In this document: one piece after another, positions 38,831 to 50,790 of the stretch
How positions within the stretch are numbered: the stretch's first letter is position 1
How the letters are laid out: every line of letters starts with the position of its first letter
Assembly: GCA_002269645.1 (NCBI GenBank)
Contig: NIVC01000076.1
Location: 1 to 64,000 of the forward strand
Reading direction: 5' to 3'
DNA length: 64,000 nucleotides
Source: Macrostomum lignano
Taxonomy: Eukaryota
Position numbers and translations under genes: made by a program
Notes under the pieces: model-generated
What the model saw: the letters and a program-made list of their open reading frames with translations, nothing else
The model's database searches: none
What the model was told of the DNA's origin: nothing

Positions 38831-40344
38831 CTTCCTTTCCAATATTTCCCTCATCTCTCTGAGATACATTCCTCATTTCTCTTATCTCGCTTTGACCTCT
38901 GTCTGAACTCTATTCTACACTCTCTCTTCTCTGTCTCAACTGCATCTTCTCTTGTCTGGAATGTCTGATCTCTCTCTCTCGTCTCTTATCTTTTTTCTAT
39001 TTTTGTGAGCCCTAAGTTGGAAAATATCGGTTCTACAGACCCAGATCATAGTAAAACCTCAATAAGCAACCAAACTGAGAAGCGACCAGAAACGTTAAAT
39101 CAATAGTTGGACAAAATAATATAATTAAAAACTGAGTCTTCAAAAATCTCGCTCAAATCACGTAGGTTAAATGAACCGAACCAACCAGTAGACCAGGTTA
39201 TTTCACTGCCGTTGGTTCAATCACTATTTGAACAAGAATGGTTCTCGTCTCCTCGGATCCGATATTGTGTTGTTATTTGAATTTTTCCGTCTACCAAGAC
39301 TAAAGGAACTCTTTGTTTTTATTAGTCTTTGTGTGTCGGGATCCGCAAGCTCAAAGGACTTTGCATATAGCATTTGTTTAAGGTAGCCCTATAGTAATTC
39401 TTTGAGCAAATATTGGCATTTTTGACGCAGTCGTGTAAACTTTGAGCTTTGGTGGCAGTCCCAACTCAAAATGAACACAGCTTCAGTAAGTTTGTAAGAA
39501 TTAAAATAGTAATACGTAGTATATACAGGATTATATATATGAAGGCCACTGGCTGCTCAGCCATCTGATCTGAGGATCAGCTAACATTATAATCTTAGAC
39601 TCAACTTGAAGTCTTTGTTAGCGCTCAGGATCCCGGTACCGAAGCGCTCTATTTATACGCTATAAAAGATGGATTGATCCTTCATCTCATACCCCATGAG
39701 GAGTCTTATTCAGCAGATCTTATCCGATTACGCGCATCTGCAGCTCAAGCTGACAGGTGTTCCACTAGACTAGCTGGAGTTCAAACTAATTTCATCGAAG
39801 CCTTCCTACCTTACTAAGTACACTACAAGGTCGCTGTGGTCACTTCACTGCCGGTGAAATAATGTGCTAAATGCTTTTATTGGAGGCTCACTATCTGGAC
39901 TGGCAAAACAATATAGGAGGCGAAAAAACTGGGGGACTTGCCAAACCTAACACTTGACTCTCCGAGCTCTACGGGTGGGCCACCCGCATCCCATTAAGTG
40001 CTCCCATATGCTCCCCAGCATGACCCGCCGCCGTGCGGATGGCTCTCGGGTCTGACTAATTAATTCATTAGTTTTTGCTTCCCCAGCACTGCCGGAATTC
40101 GGCTCGCGTATGAAAACTCCCAGTTGGAGTCGAAAACTCCCCAACACGATTCTTAATAATAGTTATTACAGTGGCAGTGGCCGCCCGCTGAGCACTTAAG
40201 TGTCTGCCCGCCTTTGATCTGCGCATTTCTTTATGGATCCCTACAAACAGCCAATTATCCACCAATTGCTGGTGCAAAACGCAGGCAAGGTGCGATAATG
40301 GAATCGCTTGTTTAATGACATAACGCTCTTTGTTGATGCGCCTA

Positions 40345-40570
<226 letters not shown>

Positions 40571-40664
40571 GCGGCCAATTTCATAATCCAACACTAGAAC
40601 GCAAACACAGAAAGACGCGGCGGCAGCTGGAGATGAGATGAGATGAGATGAGAGTCATACCTGC

Positions 40665-40863
40665 TGTTGTAAAGTGAGTTTACTCACTGGGTTGTTTTGC
40701 TAGTCGGTGTTTGGGGGTCAAGGGGATCCGATGTACATGCGCGCTCTGTTTGTATATGTACATGCGTTCTCGAGTAAATATAAGAATAGCTCCACCCTTT
40801 GGGTGAGGGTTTGAATTTTGTTTGTTGGACTAAACCTGACTGGCTTGTCTCTCGCTCACCACA
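40665..40863 (+). repeat. 5' LTR
   Basis: tgttgtaaagtgag...ctcgctcaccaca, matches the 3' LTR. Confidence 0.96.
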
Positions 40864-40943
40864 TTTTGGCGTCGCGCGGAGAAATCAATTGATTTGGGCC
40901 AGCGTGATTCAGCACAAGCGCGAACTCTAAAATCTGCCAAGTC

Positions 40944-43900
40944 ATGAGCAGCACAGAAGGCGCAAATGCAAGTGCAATGGGCGACCCACAGCGAGGGTCC
41001 CAACAAGCAGCAGCCCAACAGTCAAGCAGAGATGCAGCCAACAGAATGAGTGTCAACATTTCGCCACCGCAGCCGTTTCTGCCAGCCGCTGGAGCACCGC
41101 TGATTGAATGGAACCGATGGAAAGCAATGTTCAGCAATTACCTGCTAGCATCGGGAGCCATCGATCTGCCGGAGCAAAGAAAACAAGCGTTGCTCATCCA
41201 CTGTTTGGGTGCAGAGGGACAAAACATCTACATGTCTCTACAGGCCAGCAGCGATCAGGAGGAAGGAGAGCAACCGCCATCAACAGTTGATGACACGCTG
41301 AAGCTCCTGGACATGCACTTCGGACCCAAAGTCAACGTAGTTGCTGAGAGGCACAGATTCCGACAGAGAGCTCAGCGACCGAGCGAAAAGATCAGCGACT
41401 TCGTTGCCGCGCTGCGAAACCTGGCTTCGAACTGCGACTTCAAGACCTTCCAGGAGGAGATGCTGCGTGACCAGCTCGTCGAGAAAGTGCTCAGCAACCA
41501 CATCAGGGAGCGACTGCTTATGGAGCCGGAGCTGACCTTGGCGACAGCTGTGCAGTTGGCGGAGCGACTGGAAACTGGACTGCTGGAGGCCCAGGCCATC
41601 AAGGGAGGCAGCCACACAGACCCAAACAGCTCGTGTGGAGTCCAGCAGATCAGCAAGGCCAAGAACAGTGGAGCAGTGGCAAGACAGCATGAGGCACTGA
41701 AGTCGACAACCGACGGCCGGAGCTGCGGCTACTGTGGCTCAGCGGCGCATGTCGGTGGACAGACCTGCCCAGCAAAGGGGCAGAAGTGCAAGTCCTGCGG
41801 CAAGCGCGGGCACTTCGCCAGAGTCTGCAGGAGCGGCAACCGAGTGCGACAGCTTCAGGATGAGTACTCCATCTGCACTGTGTCGACAGCTGCGGCAGCA
41901 AGCAAGCACTGCGAAGTGCTGCTAAACGGGAGGCCTGTCAAGCTGCTCGTTGACTCCGGTTCGCGAGTCTCCATCATCACCAAGACGACGTACAATAGAC
42001 TTCTGTCCAACGTGCCCCTGCAGGCGTCATCACGGAAGCTGGTCGCTTTCAACGGCAGCAAGATAGGCGTGCTTGGTGACATCCTGACCTCGGTACAGCT
42101 CAAGGACAAAGTAGTGCCTTACGTCAACCTTAGCGTGGTCAATACCGGATCTGACATCCTGGGGTGCGACCTCATGGATCAGCTGGGACTGCGGATCGTC
42201 ACTGCAGACGGTGAGCGAGTGCAGACAGTCGGCACCAGAGCCCTGCCTGACTGGATCCCAGGCCGGTTCGACCAGTTGACTCAGGGACTCGGACACATCA
42301 AAGGATTTCAGCACAGGCCGCGAGTCAACCCCGCGGTGCAACCGACTGCTCAACCGTTGCGCAGAGTGCCGCTCAGCCTAAGAGATTCGGTTCAAAAGGA
42401 GATCGACCAGCTGCTGCAGCAAGGCATCATCGAGGAGGTCGACGCCTCAGACTGGGTGTCAAACCTAGTCGTGGTGCCAAAGGCGAACGGCTCGATCCGG
42501 ATCTGCAACGACCTGAGAGGCCCAAACAAGAGCATCATACCGGACAGATACCCACTTCCGACCTTTGAGGAGCTCTCCGCCGAGTTTGCCGGGTCACGAT
42601 GCTTCTCCAAGTTGGACCTGAATTCGTCTTACCTGCAACTGGAGTTGTCTGAGGACTGCAGAAATCTGACCACGTTCGTGACGGAGCGAGGCCTATATCG
42701 ATATCGGAGGGTGTGCTTCGGCCTGAGTAGTGCACCGGCTGCGTTCCAGAAGGTGATGGCTAAGATCCTCAGTGGCATCAAAGGCGCAGTGCACTTTATT
42801 GACGACATCGTAGTGCACGCGGCATCAAGAGAAGAGCACGACAAGCGCCTGTTCAAGGTGCTGCAAGCTCTGATGACGCACAACGTGACTATCAATACGG
42901 CCAAGTGCACCTGGCGCCAGGACAAGGTCAACTTCCTAGGCTATGAGCTGAGCGCTTCTGGAGTCCGCCCGTTGCAGTCACACGTCGAAGCTATCGAGAA
43001 GGTACAGCCGCCAACGAACACCAAGGAAGTGGCTGCGTTTCTAGGCGTCGTGAAGTACTTTGGCAACTTCATTCCCAGCCTCTCCAGCACGGCGGAGCCC
43101 CTCATGAAACTGCTGAGGAAGGACGAGTCGTGGAAGTGGACCAGTGAGTGCCAGCAGGCTTTTGAGCAGCTGAAGGCAGGAGTGTGCAAGCCACCTTGCC
43201 TCAAGTTTTTCGACGCAGATCAGCCGATCATCGTCAGCTGCGACAGCTCAGCATCAGCTCTTGGTGCGATGCTCCTCCAGCAAGACTCCGACGGCCAGTG
43301 GCGCCCGGTTGCCTTTGCGAGCCGAACTCTGAGTGCTACGGAGCGCCGCTACTCGGCGAGCGAGAGGGAAGCCCTGGCCTGCATCTTCGCCTGTGAGCGC
43401 TGGAACTTCTTCCTTTACGGCCGACGGTTCGAGCTCCACACCGATCACCAGGCTCTCACCACGCTACTGTCATCATCTGGGAGCGGACACCGGCCACTCA
43501 GACTGCATCGCTGGGCTGATCGTTTGTTAAACTACTCCTTCACCGTCAAGTACGTCCCGGGTGCCAAGAACATCGTGCCCGACTTTCTGTCGCGCTGCCA
43601 GGACACGGCCGAGCCGACGGAAGGCGATGAAACAGACGGTCTGGAAGTCCAAAGAGTGCTCCTGGCCGAGGCGCTGACCGTGGTCACCGAGGACGAGCTG
43701 GCGGAGGCAACGTCAAAGGACGAGCTCCTGGCACGAGTCGCAGAGTTCACAGTTTCCGGTTGGCCAGACAAGAAAAAGCTCGATGAGCGCCTGCTGCCCT
43801 ACTGGAGTGTCAGGAACGAGCTGACTGTTTGGAGCAACGGCAGGTGCTTGGCCATGGGAACTCGTGCCGTCATACCGGAAGAACTGCGCCAGCGAGTGCT

Positions 43901-45023
43901 CGACTTAGCGCATCAAGGTCACAAGGGAGTCAGCAGGACCAAGCATCACTGCCGAGACACCGCCTGGTGGCCCAAAATGGACAGCGACATCGAGAGGTTC
44001 GTCAGCAGCTGCTCTGCGTGCATCATCAGTGAGAAGAGCTTCAAGCCGCATCGGACAGTGCTGACCCCGACCAAGTGGCCGAAGGAACCGTGGACAGAGC
44101 TGCAGATCGACTTGTTCGGAGAACTGCACGAGGGTGCACCACAGAACTGCCGTTTCATACTCGGTGTACATGACCTGCATTCAAAGTGGCCCGAACTGGT
44201 CTGCCTCTCTTCAGCGACGTCTGCGACTATCATCAAGAGTCTCACGGCGCTGTTTTGTCGCTGGGGCATTCCGCGCGTAATCACCACCGATGGAGGACCC
44301 CAGTTCATCTCCCAGGAGTTCAACGACTTCCTAAAGGCGTACGGCATCAATCATCGTCAGACTCCGTTCTACCACCCTCAAGGAAATTCCGGAGTGGAGC
44401 GCCTGAACCGCGTAGTCAAAGAGGGCTTGAAGAGCCACCTTCAAGACGGCTACTCGTTCCTGGAAGCGGTGCAGTCCATCCTGTGGGCGTACCGATCGAC
44501 ACCGCATGCGCTGACCGGCGTGACGCCAGCGGAGCTGATGCTCGGCCGCAAGATCACCACGCCGCTGTGGACGCTGCAGCCGAAGCGAGCGACTCGAGAG
44601 CACCCACTGGCCGATCAGATCCAGGAGCGGCAAAGACGGCAGTTCAAGCGGCTCAACAGATCCCGGCAGCCGCCGCGCCAATTCCGGGTCGGCGACCTGG
44701 TGCGAGTGCGATCTCCGCGGATGCGAGGCAAGCTGCAGAGCCACGTGTCACCACCTCTACGGGTCAGCGACATCATCAGCCCGACGATCGTCAGGTTAGA
44801 GGACGGCTCAAGGTGGCACACCAGCCTCTGTATGCCTCATGCGGAGCCCGAGGGTGCCAGCACGACTTCGGCAACGGCAATGCCGCCACAGCCGCCAGTG
44901 GCTGCAGAGCCGGCAGCGCCAGAAGGTCCGACAGACCCGCCGCCGGCGACCGCTGGGCCGACGCGGAGCTGCGGCGCAGTACGCGACTGCGGGCACCACC
45001 GTTGTGGTACGGCCAGGTCGTGA
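40944..45023 (+). CDS. Gag-Pol polyprotein (gag with zinc knuckles, aspartic protease, RT, RNase H, integrase)
   Basis: CKSCGKRGHFARVC knuckle; LVDSGS protease; FIDD RT; CDSS...EREALA...TDHQAL RNase H; HQGH...CSAC plus D(LFG)..D(GGPQF)..E(RLN) integrase. The PR-RT-RH-IN order is Gypsy-type. Confidence 0.97.
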   Translation: MSSTEGANASAMGDPQRGSQQAAAQQSSRDAANRMSVNISPPQPFLPAAGAPLIEWNRWKAMFSNYLLASGAIDLPEQRKQALLIHCLGAEGQNIYMSLQASSDQEEGEQPPSTVDDTLKLLDMHFGPKVNVVAERHRFRQRAQRPSEKISDFVAALRNLASNCDFKTFQEEMLRDQLVEKVLSNHIRERLLMEPELTLATAVQLAERLETGLLEAQAIKGGSHTDPNSSCGVQQISKAKNSGAVARQHEALKSTTDGRSCGYCGSAAHVGGQTCPAKGQKCKSCGKRGHFARVCRSGNRVRQLQDEYSICTVSTAAAASKHCEVLLNGRPVKLLVDSGSRVSIITKTTYNRLLSNVPLQASSRKLVAFNGSKIGVLGDILTSVQLKDKVVPYVNLSVVNTGSDILGCDLMDQLGLRIVTADGERVQTVGTRALPDWIPGRFDQLTQGLGHIKGFQHRPRVNPAVQPTAQPLRRVPLSLRDSVQKEIDQLLQQGIIEEVDASDWVSNLVVVPKANGSIRICNDLRGPNKSIIPDRYPLPTFEELSAEFAGSRCFSKLDLNSSYLQLELSEDCRNLTTFVTERGLYRYRRVCFGLSSAPAAFQKVMAKILSGIKGAVHFIDDIVVHAASREEHDKRLFKVLQALMTHNVTINTAKCTWRQDKVNFLGYELSASGVRPLQSHVEAIEKVQPPTNTKEVAAFLGVVKYFGNFIPSLSSTAEPLMKLLRKDESWKWTSECQQAFEQLKAGVCKPPCLKFFDADQPIIVSCDSSASALGAMLLQQDSDGQWRPVAFASRTLSATERRYSASEREALACIFACERWNFFLYGRRFELHTDHQALTTLLSSSGSGHRPLRLHRWADRLLNYSFTVKYVPGAKNIVPDFLSRCQDTAEPTEGDETDGLEVQRVLLAEALTVVTEDELAEATSKDELLARVAEFTVSGWPDKKKLDERLLPYWSVRNELTVWSNGRCLAMGTRAVIPEELRQRVLDLAHQGHKGVSRTKHHCRDTAWWPKMDSDIERFVSSCSACIISEKSFKPHRTVLTPTKWPKEPWTELQIDLFGELHEGAPQNCRFILGVHDLHSKWPELVCLSSATSATIIKSLTALFCRWGIPRVITTDGGPQFISQEFNDFLKAYGINHRQTPFYHPQGNSGVERLNRVVKEGLKSHLQDGYSFLEAVQSILWAYRSTPHALTGVTPAELMLGRKITTPLWTLQPKRATREHPLADQIQERQRRQFKRLNRSRQPPRQFRVGDLVRVRSPRMRGKLQSHVSPPLRVSDIISPTIVRLEDGSRWHTSLCMPHAEPEGASTTSATAMPPQPPVAAEPAAPEGPTDPPPATAGPTRSCGAVRDCGHHRCGTARS

Positions 45024-45077
45024 CGCATTGATTGACAGCTGTGAAGGGAATTAGTGACTGTTAAGGAGGAGGGTGAA

Positions 45078-45276
45078 TGTTGTAAAGTGAGTTTACTCAC
45101 TGGGTTGTTTTGCTAGTCGGTGTTTGGGGGTCAAGGGGATCCGATGTACATGCGCGCTCTGTTTGTATATGTACATGCGTTCTCGAGTAAATATAAGAAT
45201 AGCTCCACCCTTTGGGTGAGGGTTTGAATTTTGTTTGTTGGACTAAACCTGACTGGCTTGTCTCTCGCTCACCACA
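45078..45276 (+). repeat. 3' LTR
   Basis: Preceded by the PPT and followed by the TSD cctgc. Confidence 0.96.
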
Positions 45277-45869
45277 CCTGCCATGGCGCACTGCTGTTTG
45301 CCAATACAATTTTCGGCTCAGCCCATTCGCACGTTTAAAGCTTCATGCACAAAGCTGTTGCACTGACTCTATTATTGTGGACACACACAATACACAGTAT
45401 GACCTATGCATACACACAAGGTGTATAATAGCACCGGGCAGGTCAGACACACACAGCCAGACAGCCAGATTCCACTCTTCGCCTCGAATTTCGCTTTCTA
45501 TCTGTCGAATTGTTTGCTGAAACAGCACCGAGGTTTGGTGGGGGGGGACGCTGGGCGGGCGGATGGAGAAAGTCGAGTGAAAAATTATGAGCCAAACTTT
45601 TTTATCACTCTGCGTCAGAGCCGAGGGCCCAGCCAGGATTTACGGCAGTTAAGGATGGGCCAGGCATGGAGGCCAATATGTTGTTTTGTTTAGCAATTGA
45701 AGTCTTATACAGTGCGCTGGGAAAGCATGCGTGTAAGACTGATTGACAGATAGATAGGCATAAATAAGCTTGTTTCTAACTTGATTTGTACTTTACACTC
45801 GTTATTGCACTGCACTTCAAAGTTGGCGCTTTACCTTACACATTGTTATTAGTATAGTTAAACAAAACT

Positions 45870-46395
45870 CACCTATCACTGACCCATTACTGATCCATCA
45901 CTGACCTATCACTGACCTATCACTGACCCATTACTGATCCATCACTGACCTATCACTGACCTATCACTGACCCATCACTGACTGATGATTCGTCACTGAC
46001 GGCCATTACTGACACATCACTGACTGATGATTCGTCACTGACGGCCATTACTGACACATCACTGACCCATCACTGACCCATCACTGACCCATTACTGACC
46101 CATCACTGACTGATGATTCGTCACTGACGGCCATTACTGACACATCACTGACCCATCACTGACCCATCACTGACCCATTACTGACCCATCACTGACCCAT
46201 CACTGACCCATTACTGATCCATCACTGACCCATCACTGACCCATCACTGACCCATTACTGATCCATCACTGACCCATCACTGACCCATCACTGACTGATG
46301 ATTCGTCACTAACGGCCATTACTGACACATCACTGACCCATCACTGACACATCACTGACACATCACTGACCCATCACAAAACCATCACTGACCCA
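45870..46395. repeat. 11-bp minisatellite (cactgacccat) with interspersed larger variant blocks
   Basis: Direct inspection. Confidence 0.92.
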
Positions 46396-46800
46396 TAACC
46401 TAACTATGCATGGCTGTCAAAATTGATATGCTTGACACCTGGATGACGCAGGCTATCGCTTTATTTGCAAAACTGTTATGTCATGCTTCCAGGCAAATTC
46501 CATCGACATTTCAAGAAACATTTTCCTGCCAAACCGGAGACGTGCTGACCCCAAAAATAGAAAAAAACAGAATAAGAATTCTGAAGCATAAATCATAACT
46601 GATAAGATTAATCGTTCATTAGAAAAGAAAACAAACTTTAGGAAATTCATTTGAATTGCATTGGGCATCAGCTTTGTCTCTGGGTTCCATGGGTTCCATG
46701 GGTTACCTAGTCTTTGTTGGCATCACTGACACTATTTTGATGTCTATGGATTTTTGGGCTATCCTACCTGTACAGTTAGTGGTTTGCCTGTTCAAAGCAA

Positions 46801-49215
46801 TGAGACAGTATAGGGTGAGACAGTATAGGGTGAGACAGTATAGGGTGAGACAGTATAGGGTGAGACAGTATAGGGTGAGACAGTATAGGGTGAGACAGTA
46901 TAGGGTGAGACAGTATAGGGTGAGACAGTATAGGGTGAGACAGTATAGGGTGAGACAGTATAGGGTGAGACAGTATAGGGTGAGACAGTATAGGGTGAGA
47001 CAGTATAGGGTGAGACAGTATAGGGTGAGACAGTATAGGGTGAGACAGTATAGGGTGAGACAGTATAGGGTGAGACAGTATAGGGTGAGACAGTATAGGG
47101 TGAGACAGTATAGGGTGAGACAGTATAGGGTGAGACAGTATAGGGTGAGACAGTATAGGGTGAGATAGTATAGGGTGAGACAGTATAGGGTGAGACAGTA
47201 TAGGGTGAGACAGTATAGGGTGAGACAGTATAGGGTGAGACAGTATAGGGTGAGATAGTATAGGGTGAGACAGTATAGGGTGAGATAGTATAGGGTGAGA
47301 CAGTATAGGGTGAGACAGTATAGGGTGAGACAGTATAGGGTGAGACAGTATAGGGTGAGACAGTATAGGGTGAGACAGTATAGGGTGAGACAGTATAGGG
47401 TGAGACAGTATAGGGTGAGACAGTATAGGGTGAGACAGTATAGGGTGAGACAGTATAGGGTGAGACAGTATAGGGTGAGACAGTATAGGGTGAGACAGTA
47501 TAGGGTGAGACAGTATAGGGTGAGACAGTATAGGGTGAGACAGTATAGGGTGAGACAGTATAGGGTGAGACAGTATAGGGTGAGACAGTATAGGGTGAGA
47601 CAGTATAGGGTGAGACAGTATAGGGTGAGACAGTATAGGGTGAGACAGTATAGGGTGAGACAGTATAGGGTGAGACAGTATAGGGTGAGACAGTATAGGG
47701 TGAGACAGTATAGGGTGAGACAGTATAGGGTGAGACAGTATAGGGTGAGACAGTATAGGGTGAGACAGTATAGGGTGAGACAGTATAGGGTGAGACAGTA
47801 TAGGGTGAGACAGTATAGGGTGAGACAGTATAGGGTGAGACAGTATAGGGTGAGACAGTATAGGGTGAGACAGTATAGGGTGAGACAGTATAGGGTGAGA
47901 CAGTATAGGGTGAGACAGTATAGGGTGAGACAGTATAGGGTGAGACAGTATAGGGTGAGACAGTATAGGGTGAGACAGTATAGGGTGAGACAGTATAGGG
48001 TGAGACAGTATAGGGTGAGACAGTATAGGGTGAGACAGTATAGGGTGAGACAGTATAGGGTGAGACAGTATAGGGTGAGACAGTATAGGGTGAGACAGTA
48101 TAGGGTGAGACAGTATAGGGTGAGACAGTATAGGGTGAGACAGTATAGGGTGAGACAGTATAGGGTGAGACAGTATAGGGTGAGACAGTATAGGGTGAGA
48201 CAGTATAGGGTGAGACAGTATAGGGTGAGACAGTATAGGGTGAGACAGTATAGGGTGAGACAGTATAGGGTGAGACAGTATAGGGTGAGACAGTATAGGG
48301 TGAGACAGTATAGGGTGAGACAGTATAGGGTGAGACAGTATAGGGTGAGACAGTATAGGGTGAGACAGTATAGGGTGAGACAGTATAGGGTGAGACAGTA
48401 TAGGGTGAGACAGTATAGGGTGAGACAGTATAGGGTGAGACAGTATAGGGTGAGACAGTATAGGGTGAGACAGTATAGGGTGAGACAGTATAGGGTGAGA
48501 CAGTATAGGGTGAGACAGTATAGGGTGAGACAGTATAGGGTGAGACAGTATAGGGTGAGACAGTATAGGGTGAGACAGTATAGGGTGAGACAGTATAGGG
48601 TGAGACAGTATAGGGTGAGACAGTATAGGGTGAGACAGTATAGGGTGAGACAGTATAGGGTGAGACAGTATAGGGTGAGACAGTATAGGGTGAGACAGTA
48701 TAGGGTGAGACAGTATAGGGTGAGACAGTATAGGGTGAGACAGTATAGGGTGAGACAGTATAGGGTGAGACAGTATAGGGTGAGACAGTATAGGGTGAGA
48801 CAGTATAGGGTGAGACAGTATAGGGTGAGACAGTATAGGGTGAGACAGTATAGGGTGAGACAGTATAGGGTGAGACAGTATAGGGTGAGACAGTATAGGG
48901 TGAGACAGTATAGGGTGAGACAGTATAGGGTGAGACAGTATAGGGTGAGACAGTATAGGGTGAGACAGTATAGGGTGAGACAGTATAGGGTGAGACAGTA
49001 TAGGGTGAGACAGTATAGGGTGAGACAGTATAGGGTGAGACAGTATAGGGTGAGACAGTATAGGGTGAGACAGTATACGGTAGGGTGAGACAGTATAGGG
49101 TGAGACAGTATAGGGTGAGACAGTATAGGGTGAGACAGTATAGGGTGAGACAGAAGGGTGAGACAGAAGGGTGAGACAGAAGGGTGAGACAGCGGGTGAG
49201 ACAGAAGGGGTGGGA
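46801..49215. repeat. Highly homogeneous 15-bp minisatellite (tgagacagtataggg), about 160 copies
   Basis: Direct inspection. Only a few c>t variants around 47160-47290 and a degenerate right end. Confidence 0.99.
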
Positions 49216-49944
49216 CACAAAATGGTCAGCCTCTATAGATTAGGTGGATAGCAAGCATAAACATTGATATTAAACTATACAGTTTACAGTTTATTTTTAT
49301 ATAGCCAGTTTAAATCCACTGCTTGGGGTACAGCGCCGATTAAGGATTAAAGAAATCTATTTCAGGTAGTAAATGTTACCTATAACCTACCTGGGAAGAA
49401 ACTCTGCGATAACCTAATCTAAGCTAATCTATGCTAATTGCAAAGAAAGAAATTATTCGATTAAAAAAGGAAGCCAGATCCAGGCTGCAGACGAAATAAA
49501 CAAAACAGAAGAAACAGCTTTTCTTTCTGGAAATCGATGAAATCCGATTCGATTAACTTTTCCCCATCAAAAAAGAGGAACGGGACTTGAGACAATGCCC
49601 GGACAGCCTGGTACGCTAAAGCCATCGATTCTCTAATGTTGGAGTCAGCTATTGCAGTGACGTAACCGTCAGTCAGGCTATGAAACACGGCGATGGTTTA
49701 GCAGAGGGGCAGAGAAGGCGGTTGATATAAGAGAGTCGCACGCGACAGGACACCCAGCTGGGGGGTCGGAGGGGGGCGGGGGAGGGCACCCCGATTCCTG
49801 CTGCCGCTCTGCAGGGGGAGGGCCAGTTTCACTGACCGGGCCTGCCTGTGCTCCCATTTAGTTTATAGACATCCGCTGCACCTGCAGCCCTTCTATTTTG
49901 GGGCGCCAACTGACTCCCCTGTTCACCTGTTCTCTATCTGATTG

Positions 49945-50790
49945 ATCACACTGTCTGATCACTCCTAGCTCTGTCTGATCACTCCTAGCTCTGTCTGATC
50001 ACTTTTATCTCTGTGTCTGATCACTCCTATCTCTGTCTGATCACTTTTATCTCTGTCTGATCACTTTTATCTCTGTGTCTGATCACTCCTATCTCTGTGT
50101 CTGATCACTCCTATCTCTGTCTGATCACTCCTATCTCTGTGTCTGATCACTCCTATCTCTGTGTCTGATCACTCCTATCTCTGTCTGATCACTCCTATCT
50201 CTGTGTCTGATCACTCCTATCTCTGTGTCTGATCACTCCTATCTCTGTCTGATCACTCCTATCTCTGTCTGATCACTCCTATCTGTGTCTGATCACTCCT
50301 ATCTCTGTGTCTGATCACTCCTATCTCTGTGTCTAATCACTCCTATCTCTGTCTGATCACTCCTATCTCTGTCTGATCACTCCTATCTCTGTCTGATCAC
50401 TCCTATCTCTGTGTCTGATCACTCCTATCTCTGTCTGATCACTCCTATCTCTGTCTGATCACTCCTATCTGTGTCTGATCACTCCTATCTCTGTGTCTGA
50501 TCACTCCTATCTCTGTCTGATCACTCCTATCTCTGTCTGATCACTCTTATCTCTGTCTGATCACTCTTATCTCTGTCTGATCACTCCTATCTGTGTCTGA
50601 TCACTCCTATCTCTGTCTGATCACTTCTATCTCTGTCTGATCACTCCTATCTCTGTCTGATCACTCCTATCTCTGTCTGATCACTCCTATCTGCGTCTGA
50701 TCACTCTTCTCTGTGTCTGATCACTCTCTACGGTCACTCTCTCTGATCACTCTCTCCGACCACTCTCTGATCACTCAATTCAATCACGCT
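49945..50790. repeat. 20/22-bp minisatellite (ctctgtctgatcactcctat)
   Basis: Direct inspection. Confidence 0.96.

Larger units (their letters stand above)
40665..45276 (+). mobile_element. Full-length Ty3/Gypsy LTR retrotransposon (Mag-like, no env), 4612 bp
   Basis: 199-bp TG...CA LTRs at 40665-40863 and 45078-45276, identical by eye. 5-bp TSD CCTGC (40660-40664 and 45277-45281). PBS TGGCGTCGCG at 40867. PPT aaggaggagggtgaa before the 3' LTR. One intact gag-pol ORF. Confidence 0.97.

Noticed and set aside
46656-49220. 597-814 aa ORFs (RQYRV, SHPIL, VSPYT repeats)
   Set aside because: Translation of a 15-bp perfect repeat on both strands.
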